Assembly (NCBI RefSeq): GCF_000015585.1
Contig: NC_008789.1
Coordinates: 660,001-692,000, forward strand
DNA from: Halorhodospira halophila SL1
GTDB lineage: Bacteria > Pseudomonadota > Gammaproteobacteria > Nitrococcales > Halorhodospiraceae
DNA length: 32,000 nucleotides
Direction of reading: 5' to 3'
The notes beneath the pieces were generated by a model that saw nothing but the letters and a program-made list of their open reading frames with translations, was not told the DNA's origin and searched no databases. Positions within the stretch are counted from its first letter, which is position 1, and the number at the start of each line of letters is the position of its first letter. Below are positions 1 to 7,735 of this stretch, in pieces. The translations under genes were made by a program, and so were the position numbers.

Positions 1-501
1 CTCGGCCGCCGCCGGGAAGATGTCCCGCCCCACCCGGGGGAGTTCGTCGATCTGCTCGGCCACCTTCTTGAAGCGCTCGTACTCCTGCAGCCGACGGATC
101 AGCTCGGCCCGCGGGTCGTGGTCCTCCTCCTCGTCCTCCTCGGCCGCCGCCGGCCGGGGGAGCAGCATGCGCGATTTGATCTCCGCGAGCATGGCCGCCA
201 TCACCAGGTACTCGGCGGCCAGCTCCAGGCGCATCTCCCGCATCAGCTCGACATACTCCATGTACTGCCGTGTGATCTCGGCGATGGGGATATCGAGGAT
301 GTCGAGGTTCTGTCGCCGGATCAGGTAGAGGAGCAGGTCCAGCGGCCCCTCGAACGCCTCGAGGAAGACCTCGAGGGCGTCCGGGGGGATGTAAAGGTCG
401 TCCGGCAGCCGCCGCAGCGCTTCATCGCCGACGCGGGCCACCGGCTCGCCGCCGCCGGCTGGATCCTCGGCAGGGGTCGCCTCGGCGGCGGTCTCGCTCA
501 C
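1..501 (-). CDS. scpA: Segregation and condensation protein A (ScpA), N-terminal ~167 codons; 3' end runs off the window
   Basis: Hand translation of the minus strand from GTG (501..499) gives VSETAAEATPAEDPAGGGEPVARVGDEALRRLPDDLYIPPDALEVFLEAFEGPLDLLLYLIRRQNLDILDIPIAEITRQYMEYVELMREMRLELAAEYLVMAAMLAEIKSRMLL... The FEGPLDLLLxLI..DIxDIPI..IT.QY block is the ScpA signature. It is absent from the ORF track because it has no stop inside the window. The GTG overlaps the trpS stop (GTGA). The exact start codon is uncertain. Confidence 0.8.
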   Translation of the reverse strand, partial: MSETAAEATPAEDPAGGGEPVARVGDEALRRLPDDLYIPPDALEVFLEAFEGPLDLLLYLIRRQNLDILDIPIAEITRQYMEYVELMREMRLELAAEYLVMAAMLAEIKSRMLLPRPAAAEEDEEEDHDPRAELIRRLQEYERFKKVAEQIDELPRVGRDIFPAAAE

Positions 502-1715
502 CGGTACTCCAGGCCCATGGCACTGCGCACCTCGCCAAGGGTCTCTCGCGCCTCCTCGCGGGCCTGCTCACAGCCGTCGACGATGACCGAGCGCACATGC
601 TCGGGATCGTCCTCGTACTCCCGCGCCCGCTCGCGGATCGGCGACAGCTCGGCCTCGACGGCGTCGATGATGCAGCGCTTGCACTCCAGGCAGCCGATGC
701 CGGCGGTGGTGCAGCCCTCCTGCACCCACGCACGGGTCGACTCGTCAGAGTAGACCTGGTGGAAGTCCCAGACCGGGCACTTCTCGGGATTCCCGGGGTC
801 ATTGCGGCGCACCCGGGCCGGGTCCGTGGGCATGGTGCGCAGCTTGCGGACCACGTCGTCGGTGGGCTCACGCAGGCCAATGGTGTTGTCGTAGGACTTG
901 GACATCTTACGGCCATCGAGCCCGGGCATCTTCGCCGTCGGCGTCAGCAGCACCTCGGGCTCCGGCAGCAGCTCCCGTGTGGTGCCGTCGAGGTAGCCGA
1001 AGAGGCGCTCGCGGTCGGCCACGGTGATGTTCGGCTGCCCCTCGAGCAACGCGTGCGCCACCTCCAGGGCCTCGCGATCGCCATCCTGCTGGTAGCGCCG
1101 GCGCAGGTCCTGGTAGAGGCGGGCGTTTTTCTTGCCCATCTTGCGCGCCGCCTCCTGGGCCTTCTCTTCAAAATCCGGCTCGACGCCGTAGAGGTGGTTG
1201 AAACGGCGGGCCACCTCGCGGGTGAGCTCCAGGTGGGCCACCTGGTCTTCGCCCACCGGCACCTCGGTGGCCTTGTAGATGAGCACATCCGCCGATTGAA
1301 GCAACGGGTACCCGAGGAAACCGTAGGTGGACAGGTCGCGGTCGTTCAGCTGCTCCTGCTGATCACGGAACGTTGGCACCCGCTCGAGCCAGCCCAGCGG
1401 GGTCATCATCGACAGCAGTAGATGGAGCTCCGCGTGCTCGGGCACCCGGGACTGGATGAACAGCCGTGCCAGCTTCGGGTTGACGCCGCAGGCCAGCCAG
1501 TCGATGACCATGTCCCAGACATTGTCCCCGACCACCCAGGGGGTCTCGTAGTGGGTGGTTAGGGCGTGCCAGTCGGCAACGAAGAAGAAGCATTCGTACT
1601 CGTTCTGCAGGCGCACCCAGTTCTTGAGCACGCCGTGGTAATGGCCCAGATGCAGCCGTCCCGTCGGGCGCATGCCCGACAGGACGCGGCTGGGTCGTTG
1701 GTTGATGTTAGCCAA
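498..1715 (-). CDS. trpS: Tryptophan--tRNA ligase (long form, 405 aa) with C-terminal Cys cluster
   Basis: ORF track 498..1715. Class I aaRS motifs are present: GMRPTGRLHLGHYHG (HIGH-type) and KMSKS. The start is TTG at 1715..1713, preceded by AGGAG six nt upstream; the conserved GxRPTG motif begins at residue 14, so no downstream ATG can serve as start. The C-terminus carries C-x21-C-x6-C-x2-C-x2-C. Confidence 0.95.
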   Translation of the reverse strand: MANINQRPSRVLSGMRPTGRLHLGHYHGVLKNWVRLQNEYECFFFVADWHALTTHYETPWVVGDNVWDMVIDWLACGVNPKLARLFIQSRVPEHAELHLLLSMMTPLGWLERVPTFRDQQEQLNDRDLSTYGFLGYPLLQSADVLIYKATEVPVGEDQVAHLELTREVARRFNHLYGVEPDFEEKAQEAARKMGKKNARLYQDLRRRYQQDGDREALEVAHALLEGQPNITVADRERLFGYLDGTTRELLPEPEVLLTPTAKMPGLDGRKMSKSYDNTIGLREPTDDVVRKLRTMPTDPARVRRNDPGNPEKCPVWDFHQVYSDESTRAWVQEGCTTAGIGCLECKRCIIDAVEAELSPIRERAREYEDDPEHVRSVIVDGCEQAREEARETLGEVRSAMGLEYR

Positions 1716-1757
1716 GCAACGCTCCTTATCGTTGATTCGCGATTCGAGCCGGGGCGC

Positions 1758-2384
1758 TCAAGCGCCCTGGAAGACGCGGGTATCGCCGACCCCTTCGCGG
1801 ATGACCTCGGCGGCCTCGCCGGTGAGATCGATCACGGTACTGACGCCACCGCCGGTGGGACCGCCGGCCACGACGGCATCGATCAGCTTGCCGATGCGCT
1901 CCTGGATCGCCTCGGGGTCATTGAGCGGCATGTCGTCACCGGGCATTTGCAGCGTGACGCTCATCAGGGGCTCACCGAGGGTGTTGAGCAACGCCCGGCT
2001 CGCCGGGTGATCCGGCACGCGGATGCCGATGGTCTTGCGCTTGGGGTGCTGCAAGCGCCGGGGGACTTCGGAGGTCGCCCGCAGGATGAAGGTGTACGGC
2101 CCCGGGGTATGGGACTTGAGCAGGCGATAGGCGTAGTTTTCCATCTTGGCGTAGGTGCCGATATCCTTGAGATCCTTGCACGCCATGGTGAAGTTATGGC
2201 TATTGTCCAGACGCCGGATCTCGCGGATGCGGTCGAGGGCCGCCTTGTCGCCGAGGCGACACCCGAGGGCGTAGCTCGAATCCGTCGGGTAGGCGATAAC
2301 GCCACCATCGGCGAGGATCTGCACGGCCTGGTTGATCAGGCGCTGTTGGGGCGTCTCCGGATGGACTTCAAAGTACTGCGCCAT
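1758..2384 (-). CDS. yciO: YciO / Sua5-YrdC-YwlC family (threonylcarbamoyl-AMP synthase-like) protein
   Basis: MAQYFEVHPETPQQRLINQAVQILADGGVIAYPTDSSYALGC...KRKTIGIRVP...STVIDLTGEAAEVIREGVGD is collinear with my recollection of E. coli YciO. The start was moved from ORF-track 2426 to the ATG at 2384..2382, which has GGAGAGGAAG just upstream. Confidence 0.9.
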   Translation of the reverse strand: MAQYFEVHPETPQQRLINQAVQILADGGVIAYPTDSSYALGCRLGDKAALDRIREIRRLDNSHNFTMACKDLKDIGTYAKMENYAYRLLKSHTPGPYTFILRATSEVPRRLQHPKRKTIGIRVPDHPASRALLNTLGEPLMSVTLQMPGDDMPLNDPEAIQERIGKLIDAVVAGGPTGGGVSTVIDLTGEAAEVIREGVGDTRVFQGA

Positions 2385-2473
2385 GACTTCCTCTCCCGTG
2401 GACACGCCCCGGCCATCCCGGGGCACGGCTTCATTGTACCGGACCCCTTTTCGGAGCGATAAGGTAACGAGCC

Positions 2474-2773
2474 ATGTATTACGCCATCATCAGCCAAGAT
2501 GTGGAGAACAGCCTGCCGCTGCGCCAGTCGGCACGGGCGGATCACCTGGCCCGGCTGGAGCAGCTTCGGGACGAGGGGCGGCTGTTGCTGGCCGGACCGT
2601 ATCCAGCGGTGGACACCGAGACCCCCGGCGACGCCGGCTTCACGGGGAGCCTGGTGGTTGCCGAATTCGACTCCCTGGAGGCGGCGCAGGCGTGGGCCGA
2701 TGCCGACCCCTACGTGGCGGCGGGCGTCTACGAGCAGGTGGAGGTCCGGCCGTTCAAGCCGGTCTTGCCCTGA
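2474..2773 (+). CDS. yciI: YciI family protein
   Basis: 99 aa. MYYAIISQD...[19 protein letters not shown]...[42 protein letters not shown] closely matches my recollection of E. coli YciI. It is divergent from yciO, which is the usual arrangement. Confidence 0.9.
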   Translation: MYYAIISQDVENSLPLRQSARADHLARLEQLRDEGRLLLAGPYPAVDTETPGDAGFTGSLVVAEFDSLEAAQAWADADPYVAAGVYEQVEVRPFKPVLP

Positions 2774-2796
2774 CCGCGACACCGAGCGGCCGGACA

Positions 2797-3039
2797 CCAC
2801 CCGCTGTGGGGTGTGACGGGCCGGACCGGCGCCATTGAGCGCGCTGAGCACCGCAGCCCCGGCGGGGGTTCAGCGCGAACCTTTGCCGGTTCGCGCTGAT
2901 CAGCGAGGTTTTGTCCGAGCGGCGCGCAGCGCCGCGAGTTAAGCGAGCGGCCCCGCCGGGGCGAGGCGCGCAAGGGACCCCGCCAGCGGGGCGCGCTCGT
3001 TCGGCGCCGGTCCGGCCCGTCACACCCCACAGCGGGTGG
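2797..3039. repeat. Structured intergenic repeat, copy A (243 bp, closed by a perfect 37-bp inverted repeat)
   Basis: 2797..2833 (CCACCCGCTGTGGGGTGTGACGGGCCGGACCGGCGCC) is the exact reverse complement of 3003..3039. The core 2834..3002 aligns at roughly 75 percent identity (by eye) with the reverse complement of 15845..16007. It has an internal 11-bp hairpin at 2871..2898. It lies between the convergent yciI and tspO genes. Confidence 0.8.
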
Positions 3040-3095
3040 GTTCGACAGCCGCCTCCACGGCCCCGGGACCCCGTCTCCGGGGCCCCGGGAACGAC

Positions 3096-3599
3096 TCAGG
3101 CGCCGCGCTGCTCGGTGGCACCCGCCGAGGGCGCGTCACCGTTGCGCCGCCAGATGTCGTAGTTCAGGGCGCCGGCGAAGCTGACCCAGGCCAGATACGG
3201 GATGAACAGCAGCCCGGCCAGCCAGTCGGCCGCCAGGAACGCCGCCGTCGTCAGCAGCACCGAAAGCCACAGGGCCCCGAGGACCACCAGGCCGCCAAAG
3301 AGCTGCTGCAGACCGAAGAACACCGGCGTCCACAGGGTGTTCAGGGCGATCTGCAGCGCCCACAGGGCCAGGCCCAGGGCCAGGACCTCGGAACCGGACA
3401 TCGCCACCCGCCAGGCAGCCACGGCGATCGCCAGGTAGAGTACCGTCCACGCCACCGGGAACAGCCAGTTCGGCGGCGTCCAGCTCGGCTTGTCCAGTTC
3501 GTCGTACCAGCGCCCCGGGCCGAACATCGCTCCGGTAGCCGCCGCCGCCATGCAGGCGCCGAGAAATGCGATAAAAATCAAAAGACTCACTGCAGCCAC
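3096..3599 (-). CDS. tspO: TspO/MBR family tryptophan-rich sensory protein
   Basis: 167 aa, five hydrophobic helices, Trp-rich. WYDELDKPSWTPPNWLFPVAWTVLY and LNTLWTPVFFG are typical TspO blocks. The start is GTG at 3599 or GTG at 3590; the latter forms a GTGA overlap with the upstream gene's stop. Confidence 0.9.
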   Translation of the reverse strand: MAAVSLLIFIAFLGACMAAAATGAMFGPGRWYDELDKPSWTPPNWLFPVAWTVLYLAIAVAAWRVAMSGSEVLALGLALWALQIALNTLWTPVFFGLQQLFGGLVVLGALWLSVLLTTAAFLAADWLAGLLFIPYLAWVSFAGALNYDIWRRNGDAPSAGATEQRGA

Positions 3600-3820
3600 T
3601 CCTTGATCTGCTCGGGTTCAGGCACCGAGCCACTGTGGACCAGTTGCTCGTCCACCACCACGGCCGGTGTCGACATCACACCATACTGAACCAGGGCCTC
3701 CGGCCCCGTCTCCTTCTGCACCTGTGCAGCCAAACCCAGATCGGCAGCCACCTGCTCGATCCGCTCGGCGGTGTTGTTGCACTTGGCACAGCCGCTACCC
3801 AGTACCTTGATGGCTTTCAT
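3587..3820 (-). CDS. Thioredoxin-family small protein (redox-active disulfide protein 2 type, GCxxC)
   Basis: Only the C-terminal 77 aa of ORF 3587..4243 look real: MKAIKVLGSGCAKCNNTAERIEQ...VMSTPAVVVDEQLVHSGSVPEPEQIKEWLQ. The ATG at 3820..3818 is preceded by GGAGGAG. The upstream part of the ORF overlaps the permease gene in another frame. Confidence 0.85.
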   Translation of the reverse strand: MKAIKVLGSGCAKCNNTAERIEQVAADLGLAAQVQKETGPEALVQYGVMSTPAVVVDEQLVHSGSVPEPEQIKEWLQ

Positions 3821-3870
3821 CGGACAAGCTCCTCCGTTTGCACAGACATGATAACGGGCTGCCGAGCCCC

Positions 3871-4869
3871 TCACACCCCGGCGAATAGTAGCGGTTCGAC
3901 CGCATTGAGGATCCACCCGGCCAAGGTGAAGGCCACCAGCAGCAGGACGAAGAAGATCGCCAACAGCCGCCACTGCATGACCTGCTTGAGCAGCACGAAC
4001 TCGGGGAAGCTCGCGGCCACCGTACTCATGCAGAAGGCCAGCGTGGTGCCGATCGGCAGCCCCTGAACGATCAGGCTCTCCATCACCGGGACCACGCCGG
4101 TGATATTCGTATACAGGGGGATGGCGACCAGCACCGCCGCCGGCACTTGCCACCAGTGCCCGGCACCGAGATTCTCCTCGATCCACCCGTCCGGAACGAA
4201 GCCGTAGAGGGCCGCCCCCAGGCCCACGCCGATGAAGACCCACTTCCAGACCCGGCCGAAGATCTCGCGCACCTCCTTCCAGGCGAAGTCGTGGCGCTGC
4301 TGCAGGGTCAAGCGTTCCGCGCGGGCATCCCCAGCGGCCGCCGCGTTGCCCTCGGCGTACGCCTTGGCCAGGAACGGCTGCAGATACCGCTCGGCACGGA
4401 TGGCGTCGAGGAAGGCGCCGCCGACCATACCGATCACAAAGCCAACGGCCACATAGATCAGGGTCAACTCCCAGCCGAGCAGGCCCCAGAGCAGGACGAC
4501 GGCCACCTCGTTGATCATCGGCGAGGTAATCAGAAAGGCCATGGTGACGCCGATGGGGATCCGCGCCGTGGTGAAACCGATGAACACCGGTACACTCGAG
4601 CAGGAGCAGAACGGCGTGACCGCCCCGAAGGTCGAGCCGAGGAAGTAGCCGAGGAAGCGGTTGCGACCGGCCAGGAAGGCCCGCACCCGCTCCACGTTGA
4701 GCGAGGCCCGGGCCAGGGCGATAACATAGATCAGCACGGCCAACAGGACGAAGATCTTCGCCGTGCTCTCGACGAAGAAGTGTGCCGCATCGCCGAACGG
4801 CGTACCGGCCTCGATGCGCAGCAGTTCGTGAACGATCAGGGTGGCGAACTGGGCGAAGAGCTCAAGCAT
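3871..4869 (-). CDS. COG0701/UPF0718 (ArsP-like) permease
   Basis: 332 aa multi-pass membrane protein with the family motif GAVTPFCSCSSVP. This permease is commonly paired with the small thioredoxin-like gene that follows it here. There is no obvious SD at the ATG. Confidence 0.85.
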   Translation of the reverse strand: MLELFAQFATLIVHELLRIEAGTPFGDAAHFFVESTAKIFVLLAVLIYVIALARASLNVERVRAFLAGRNRFLGYFLGSTFGAVTPFCSCSSVPVFIGFTTARIPIGVTMAFLITSPMINEVAVVLLWGLLGWELTLIYVAVGFVIGMVGGAFLDAIRAERYLQPFLAKAYAEGNAAAAGDARAERLTLQQRHDFAWKEVREIFGRVWKWVFIGVGLGAALYGFVPDGWIEENLGAGHWWQVPAAVLVAIPLYTNITGVVPVMESLIVQGLPIGTTLAFCMSTVAASFPEFVLLKQVMQWRLLAIFFVLLLVAFTLAGWILNAVEPLLFAGV

Positions 4870-4902
4870 GATGGGCGACCAGGGTTTCGATATCTGGCGC
4901 CA

Positions 4903-4930
4903 TTGTTATATACGTTTCTCCATATATCAA
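4903..4930. promoter_or_regulatory. AT-rich imperfect palindrome (candidate operator/promoter) in the divergent permease / PP2C intergenic region
   Basis: TTGTTATAT-n10-ATATATCAA, with arms matching 8/9. It is the only AT-rich island in the 4870..5014 gap and contains TATATA-like -10 hexamers on both strands. Motif-level evidence only. Confidence 0.3.
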
Positions 4931-5014
4931 ATCGGTCAACGGTTCCCGTGTCGCGCCCTGCGGGCTAGGATGGCCGGATTGAACGCTCGGAACCACGACA
5001 GGAGGCCTCGAACC

Positions 5015-5740
5015 ATGGAGATCGTCGGCGAGACCCATCGCGGCCACCAGCGACCTCGCAACGAGGACCGCATCGACTGGGATGAAGAGGCCGGGGTGGC
5101 GGTACTGGCCGACGGCATGGGCGGCCTGCCCTACGGGGCCGAGGCGGCGCGGCTGGCGGTGGAAGCGGTCATCCGCATCGCGCGCACGCACCACGGCAGC
5201 GACCACACCTGGCTGGAGTCCGGTGGAGACCCGGCGGATCTGGTCCAGCTGGCCAACCGGGCCGTGCTCTCCTACACGGAGCGCGACCGCCGCTACGAGG
5301 GCATGGGCACCACCCTCGCCCTGCTCTGCGCGGCCCCCGACGAGGTGGCCCTGGCCCACGTGGGCGACTCGCGCATCTACCGCTTCAGCGAGGGCCGCCT
5401 GGAGCGCTTGACCCGCGACCACACGCCGGTGCAGCGCGCGGTGGAGACCGGCGAGATGACCGAGGCCGAGGGGCGTCGCTCCCCGGAGCGCAACGTCCTG
5501 GAGCGCGCCCTTGGCGCCGTGACCTGGGCGGAATCCGACGTCACCCGGTTGCCCCGCCGGCCCGGGGAGCTGTTTTTGCTCTGCTCCGACGGCCTCACCG
5601 AACCCCTGGAGGACGCCGCCATCGCCGCCATCCTGGCCGAGGAGGACCGCTCACTGAACCAGCGCGCCCAGGACCTGATCGAAGCCACCCTGGATGCCGG
5701 CGGACCGGACAACGTCTCCGTGGTGCTGGTCCGCACCTAG
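5015..5740 (+). CDS. PP2C-family Ser/Thr protein phosphatase (Stp1/PrpC-like)
   Basis: MEIVGETHRGHQRPRNEDR...VLADGMGG...GMGTTL...HVGDSRIY...LLCSDGL...GGPDNVSVVLV are the canonical PP2C metal-binding blocks. The start is set at ATG 5015 (residue 59 of ORF 4841..5740), with ACAGGAGG upstream. Confidence 0.85.
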   Translation: MEIVGETHRGHQRPRNEDRIDWDEEAGVAVLADGMGGLPYGAEAARLAVEAVIRIARTHHGSDHTWLESGGDPADLVQLANRAVLSYTERDRRYEGMGTTLALLCAAPDEVALAHVGDSRIYRFSEGRLERLTRDHTPVQRAVETGEMTEAEGRRSPERNVLERALGAVTWAESDVTRLPRRPGELFLLCSDGLTEPLEDAAIAAILAEEDRSLNQRAQDLIEATLDAGGPDNVSVVLVRT

Positions 5741-5752
5741 CCCGCCGACCGT

Positions 5753-7171
5753 CTAGCGGCGGCGCTTGCGCTTCTTCTCGCGCTTCTTGGCGTGGTGAAT
5801 CACCCGCTGGCGCCGCCGGCGCTGGCGCTCGGTAAGCTGGTTGGGCTTGTCGGCAAAGGGGTTATCGCTGGCCCGGCACTCGATGCGCACCGGCGTCCCG
5901 TAGAGGTCAAAGGTGTCGCGGAAGAAGTTCTCCAGGTAGCGCATATAGGCCCGCGGCAGCCGCTGCACCTGGTTGCCGTGGATCACGATCACCGGCGGGT
6001 TGTGGCCGCCCTGGTGGGCGTAGCGCAGCTTGATCCGCCGCCCCCGCGAGAGCGGCGGCTGATGGTTGGCCAGCGCCTCCTGCAGGGCGTCGTTGAGTTC
6101 CGGCGTGGCCAGATCCCGGTGTGCCGCGGCGTGGGCGCGCTCCACCGATTCGAGCAGCAGGCCGACGCCACTGCCGTGCAGGGCCGAAACGAAGTGGTGG
6201 CGGGCGAAACCGAGGAAGGCGAAGCGCAGATCCAGATCCCGCCGTACCTTGCGGCGCTGATCGGGATCCAGGCCGTCCCACTTGTTGATGACCAATACCA
6301 GCGCCCGCCCGGCCTGCAGGACGTGCCCGGCCAAGTGCGCGTCCTGCTCGGTGATCCCTTCCTGGGCATCGGTCACCAGCATCACCACCGAGGCCCGCTC
6401 GATGGCCTCGAGGGTCTTGACCACGCTGAACTTCTCGACCGTCTCCTGAACCCGCGCGCGACGCCGCACCCCGGCGGTGTCGATGAGGGTGTAGTGCTGC
6501 CCGTCGCGCTCGAACGGCACGGCAATACTGTCGCGGGTGGTGCCCGGCTCGTCGTAGACCACCACCCGCTCCTCGCCGAGGAGGCGATTGACCAGCGTGG
6601 ATTTGCCGACGTTGGGCCGGCCGATCATCGCCACCGGAATCCCGCCTGGGCCATCGGAGCCCACCGCATCCGGCTCAGCGGGAGGCAGGAGCGCGAAGAC
6701 GGCGTCCAGCAGCTCGCCCACCCCACGACCGCGCGTCGCGGCGATGGCGTGAACCGGCTGCAGGCCCAGACCGTGGAAATCGGCGGCCGCCACCCCGGCG
6801 TCGAGCCCGTCGGTCTTGTTGACCGCCAGGAACACCGGCACCTGGGCTCGCCGCAGCTCAGCGGCGATCTCCTCGTCACCGACGGTGGCCCCGGCCTGCC
6901 CGTCGACCAGGAAGACGACCGCATCGGCACCGGCGATGGCGGCCCGGGCCTGCTCGTGCATGCAGCCGCCGACCCCCTCGAGTTCTTCCCCCATGCCTCC
7001 GGTATCCACCACCACGGCGTGGCCCCCCTGGTGGCGCACGATCCCATACTGACGGTCCCGAGTCAGGCCCGGGTGATCCGCCACGAGGGCGTCGCGGCTG
7101 CCGGTGAGCCGGTTGAACAGGGTCGATTTGCCGACATTCGGCCGCCCGACCAGGGCGATTACCGCAGACAT
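5753..7171 (-). CDS. der: Ribosome-associated GTPase Der (EngA), tandem GTPase domains
   Basis: 472 aa with two G1 motifs (GRPNVGKST twice), two NKxD motifs (NKTD, NKWD) and a basic C-terminal tail. Confidence 0.95.
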   Translation of the reverse strand: MSAVIALVGRPNVGKSTLFNRLTGSRDALVADHPGLTRDRQYGIVRHQGGHAVVVDTGGMGEELEGVGGCMHEQARAAIAGADAVVFLVDGQAGATVGDEEIAAELRRAQVPVFLAVNKTDGLDAGVAAADFHGLGLQPVHAIAATRGRGVGELLDAVFALLPPAEPDAVGSDGPGGIPVAMIGRPNVGKSTLVNRLLGEERVVVYDEPGTTRDSIAVPFERDGQHYTLIDTAGVRRRARVQETVEKFSVVKTLEAIERASVVMLVTDAQEGITEQDAHLAGHVLQAGRALVLVINKWDGLDPDQRRKVRRDLDLRFAFLGFARHHFVSALHGSGVGLLLESVERAHAAAHRDLATPELNDALQEALANHQPPLSRGRRIKLRYAHQGGHNPPVIVIHGNQVQRLPRAYMRYLENFFRDTFDLYGTPVRIECRASDNPFADKPNQLTERQRRRRQRVIHHAKKREKKRKRRR

Positions 7172-7282
7172 TGGGCATTCCCCGCATTGGCTGGGACAAG
7201 TGTGCCGCGCTGAACGGCGGCTGAGGGCGGGGATTATAACGGACGGGGCAACGGCCCGTGAGCCGCTGCCCCCCGGGGAAGG

Positions 7283-7576
7283 TCAGACCATGGCGTCGAT
7301 TTCACCGCCAGCGTCCAGATCTTCGACGCCACCCGAGGCGTCGTAGCTGGCAGCGCCACCGTCGTCCTCAAGGGACTCGGTGCTGGTGCCGACGTCCTCG
7401 CCGCCGGCGATCGAGGAGATGTCTACCGTGTCGGCCCCGCCTGCGGCATCACCGCCGAACTCGGAACCGCCTGCGCTCTCCATCTCCTCCCCCTCGAAGG
7501 GGTCGTCACCGCCCGCGCCCTGGGACGGCGGCGGCATGCTCGGCGCACCTCCGCCAACTCCTCCAACTGCAGACAT
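7283..7576 (-). CDS. Hypothetical small, extremely acidic Gly-rich protein (97 aa, no K/R/H)
   Basis: ATG at 7576..7574 is preceded by AGGAGG with 5-nt spacing. By eye, the third codon position is mostly G/C, as in neighbouring genes. Product: MSAVGGVGGGAPSMPPPSQGAGGDDPFEGEEMESAGGSEFGGDAAGGADTVDISSIAGGEDVGTSTESLEDDGGAASYDASGGVEDLDAGGEIDAMV. I recognise no family. Competing plus-strand ORFs are Arg/Pro-rich artefacts. Confidence 0.6.
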   Translation of the reverse strand: MSAVGGVGGGAPSMPPPSQGAGGDDPFEGEEMESAGGSEFGGDAAGGADTVDISSIAGGEDVGTSTESLEDDGGAASYDASGGVEDLDAGGEIDAMV

Positions 7577-7735
7577 CACTACCTCCTGCGCTTCAACTCG
7601 ATGTAGCCGGGCTCTCCGCACGCCGATCCGGCACTCCATTGCCGGTTGCGGCTGTTCGGTTCCGGTCTCCGCCCTACCCCTTCCACGGCAGGCTGCGCGC
7701 CGAGGCGCAGGGCGTTGCCGGTTACGAGTAGGACC

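Noticed and set aside
3059-3089. GC hairpin (CCCGGGACCCCG-tctc-CGGGGCCCCGGG, one mismatch) just past the tspO stop, considered as a terminator
   Set aside because: It has no U-tract on either strand, so I could not support an intrinsic-terminator call. It may still stabilise the tspO 3' end.
2754-3162. Short ORFs inside the structured repeats (for example 2911..3162+ and 2754..3023-; also 15834..16046- in copy B)
   Set aside because: No frame is conserved between the two repeat copies: an indel shifts the shared TTG frame into a stop in copy B. The products are Arg/Pro/Ala-rich. The elements are better explained as non-coding.
3821-4243. N-terminal 141 codons of ORF 3587..4243, which would give a 218-aa protein
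   Set aside because: This extension overlaps the 3' end of the permease gene in another frame and is Arg/Gly-rich. The thioredoxin-like domain starts at an internal ATG (3820) with its own GGAGGAG SD.
5792-7213. 473-aa plus-strand ORF antisense to der
   Set aside because: The reasoning is the same as for the lon antisense ORF. der on the minus strand has two complete GTPase motif sets, while the antisense product has no motifs and a Pro/Arg/Gly/Val-biased composition.
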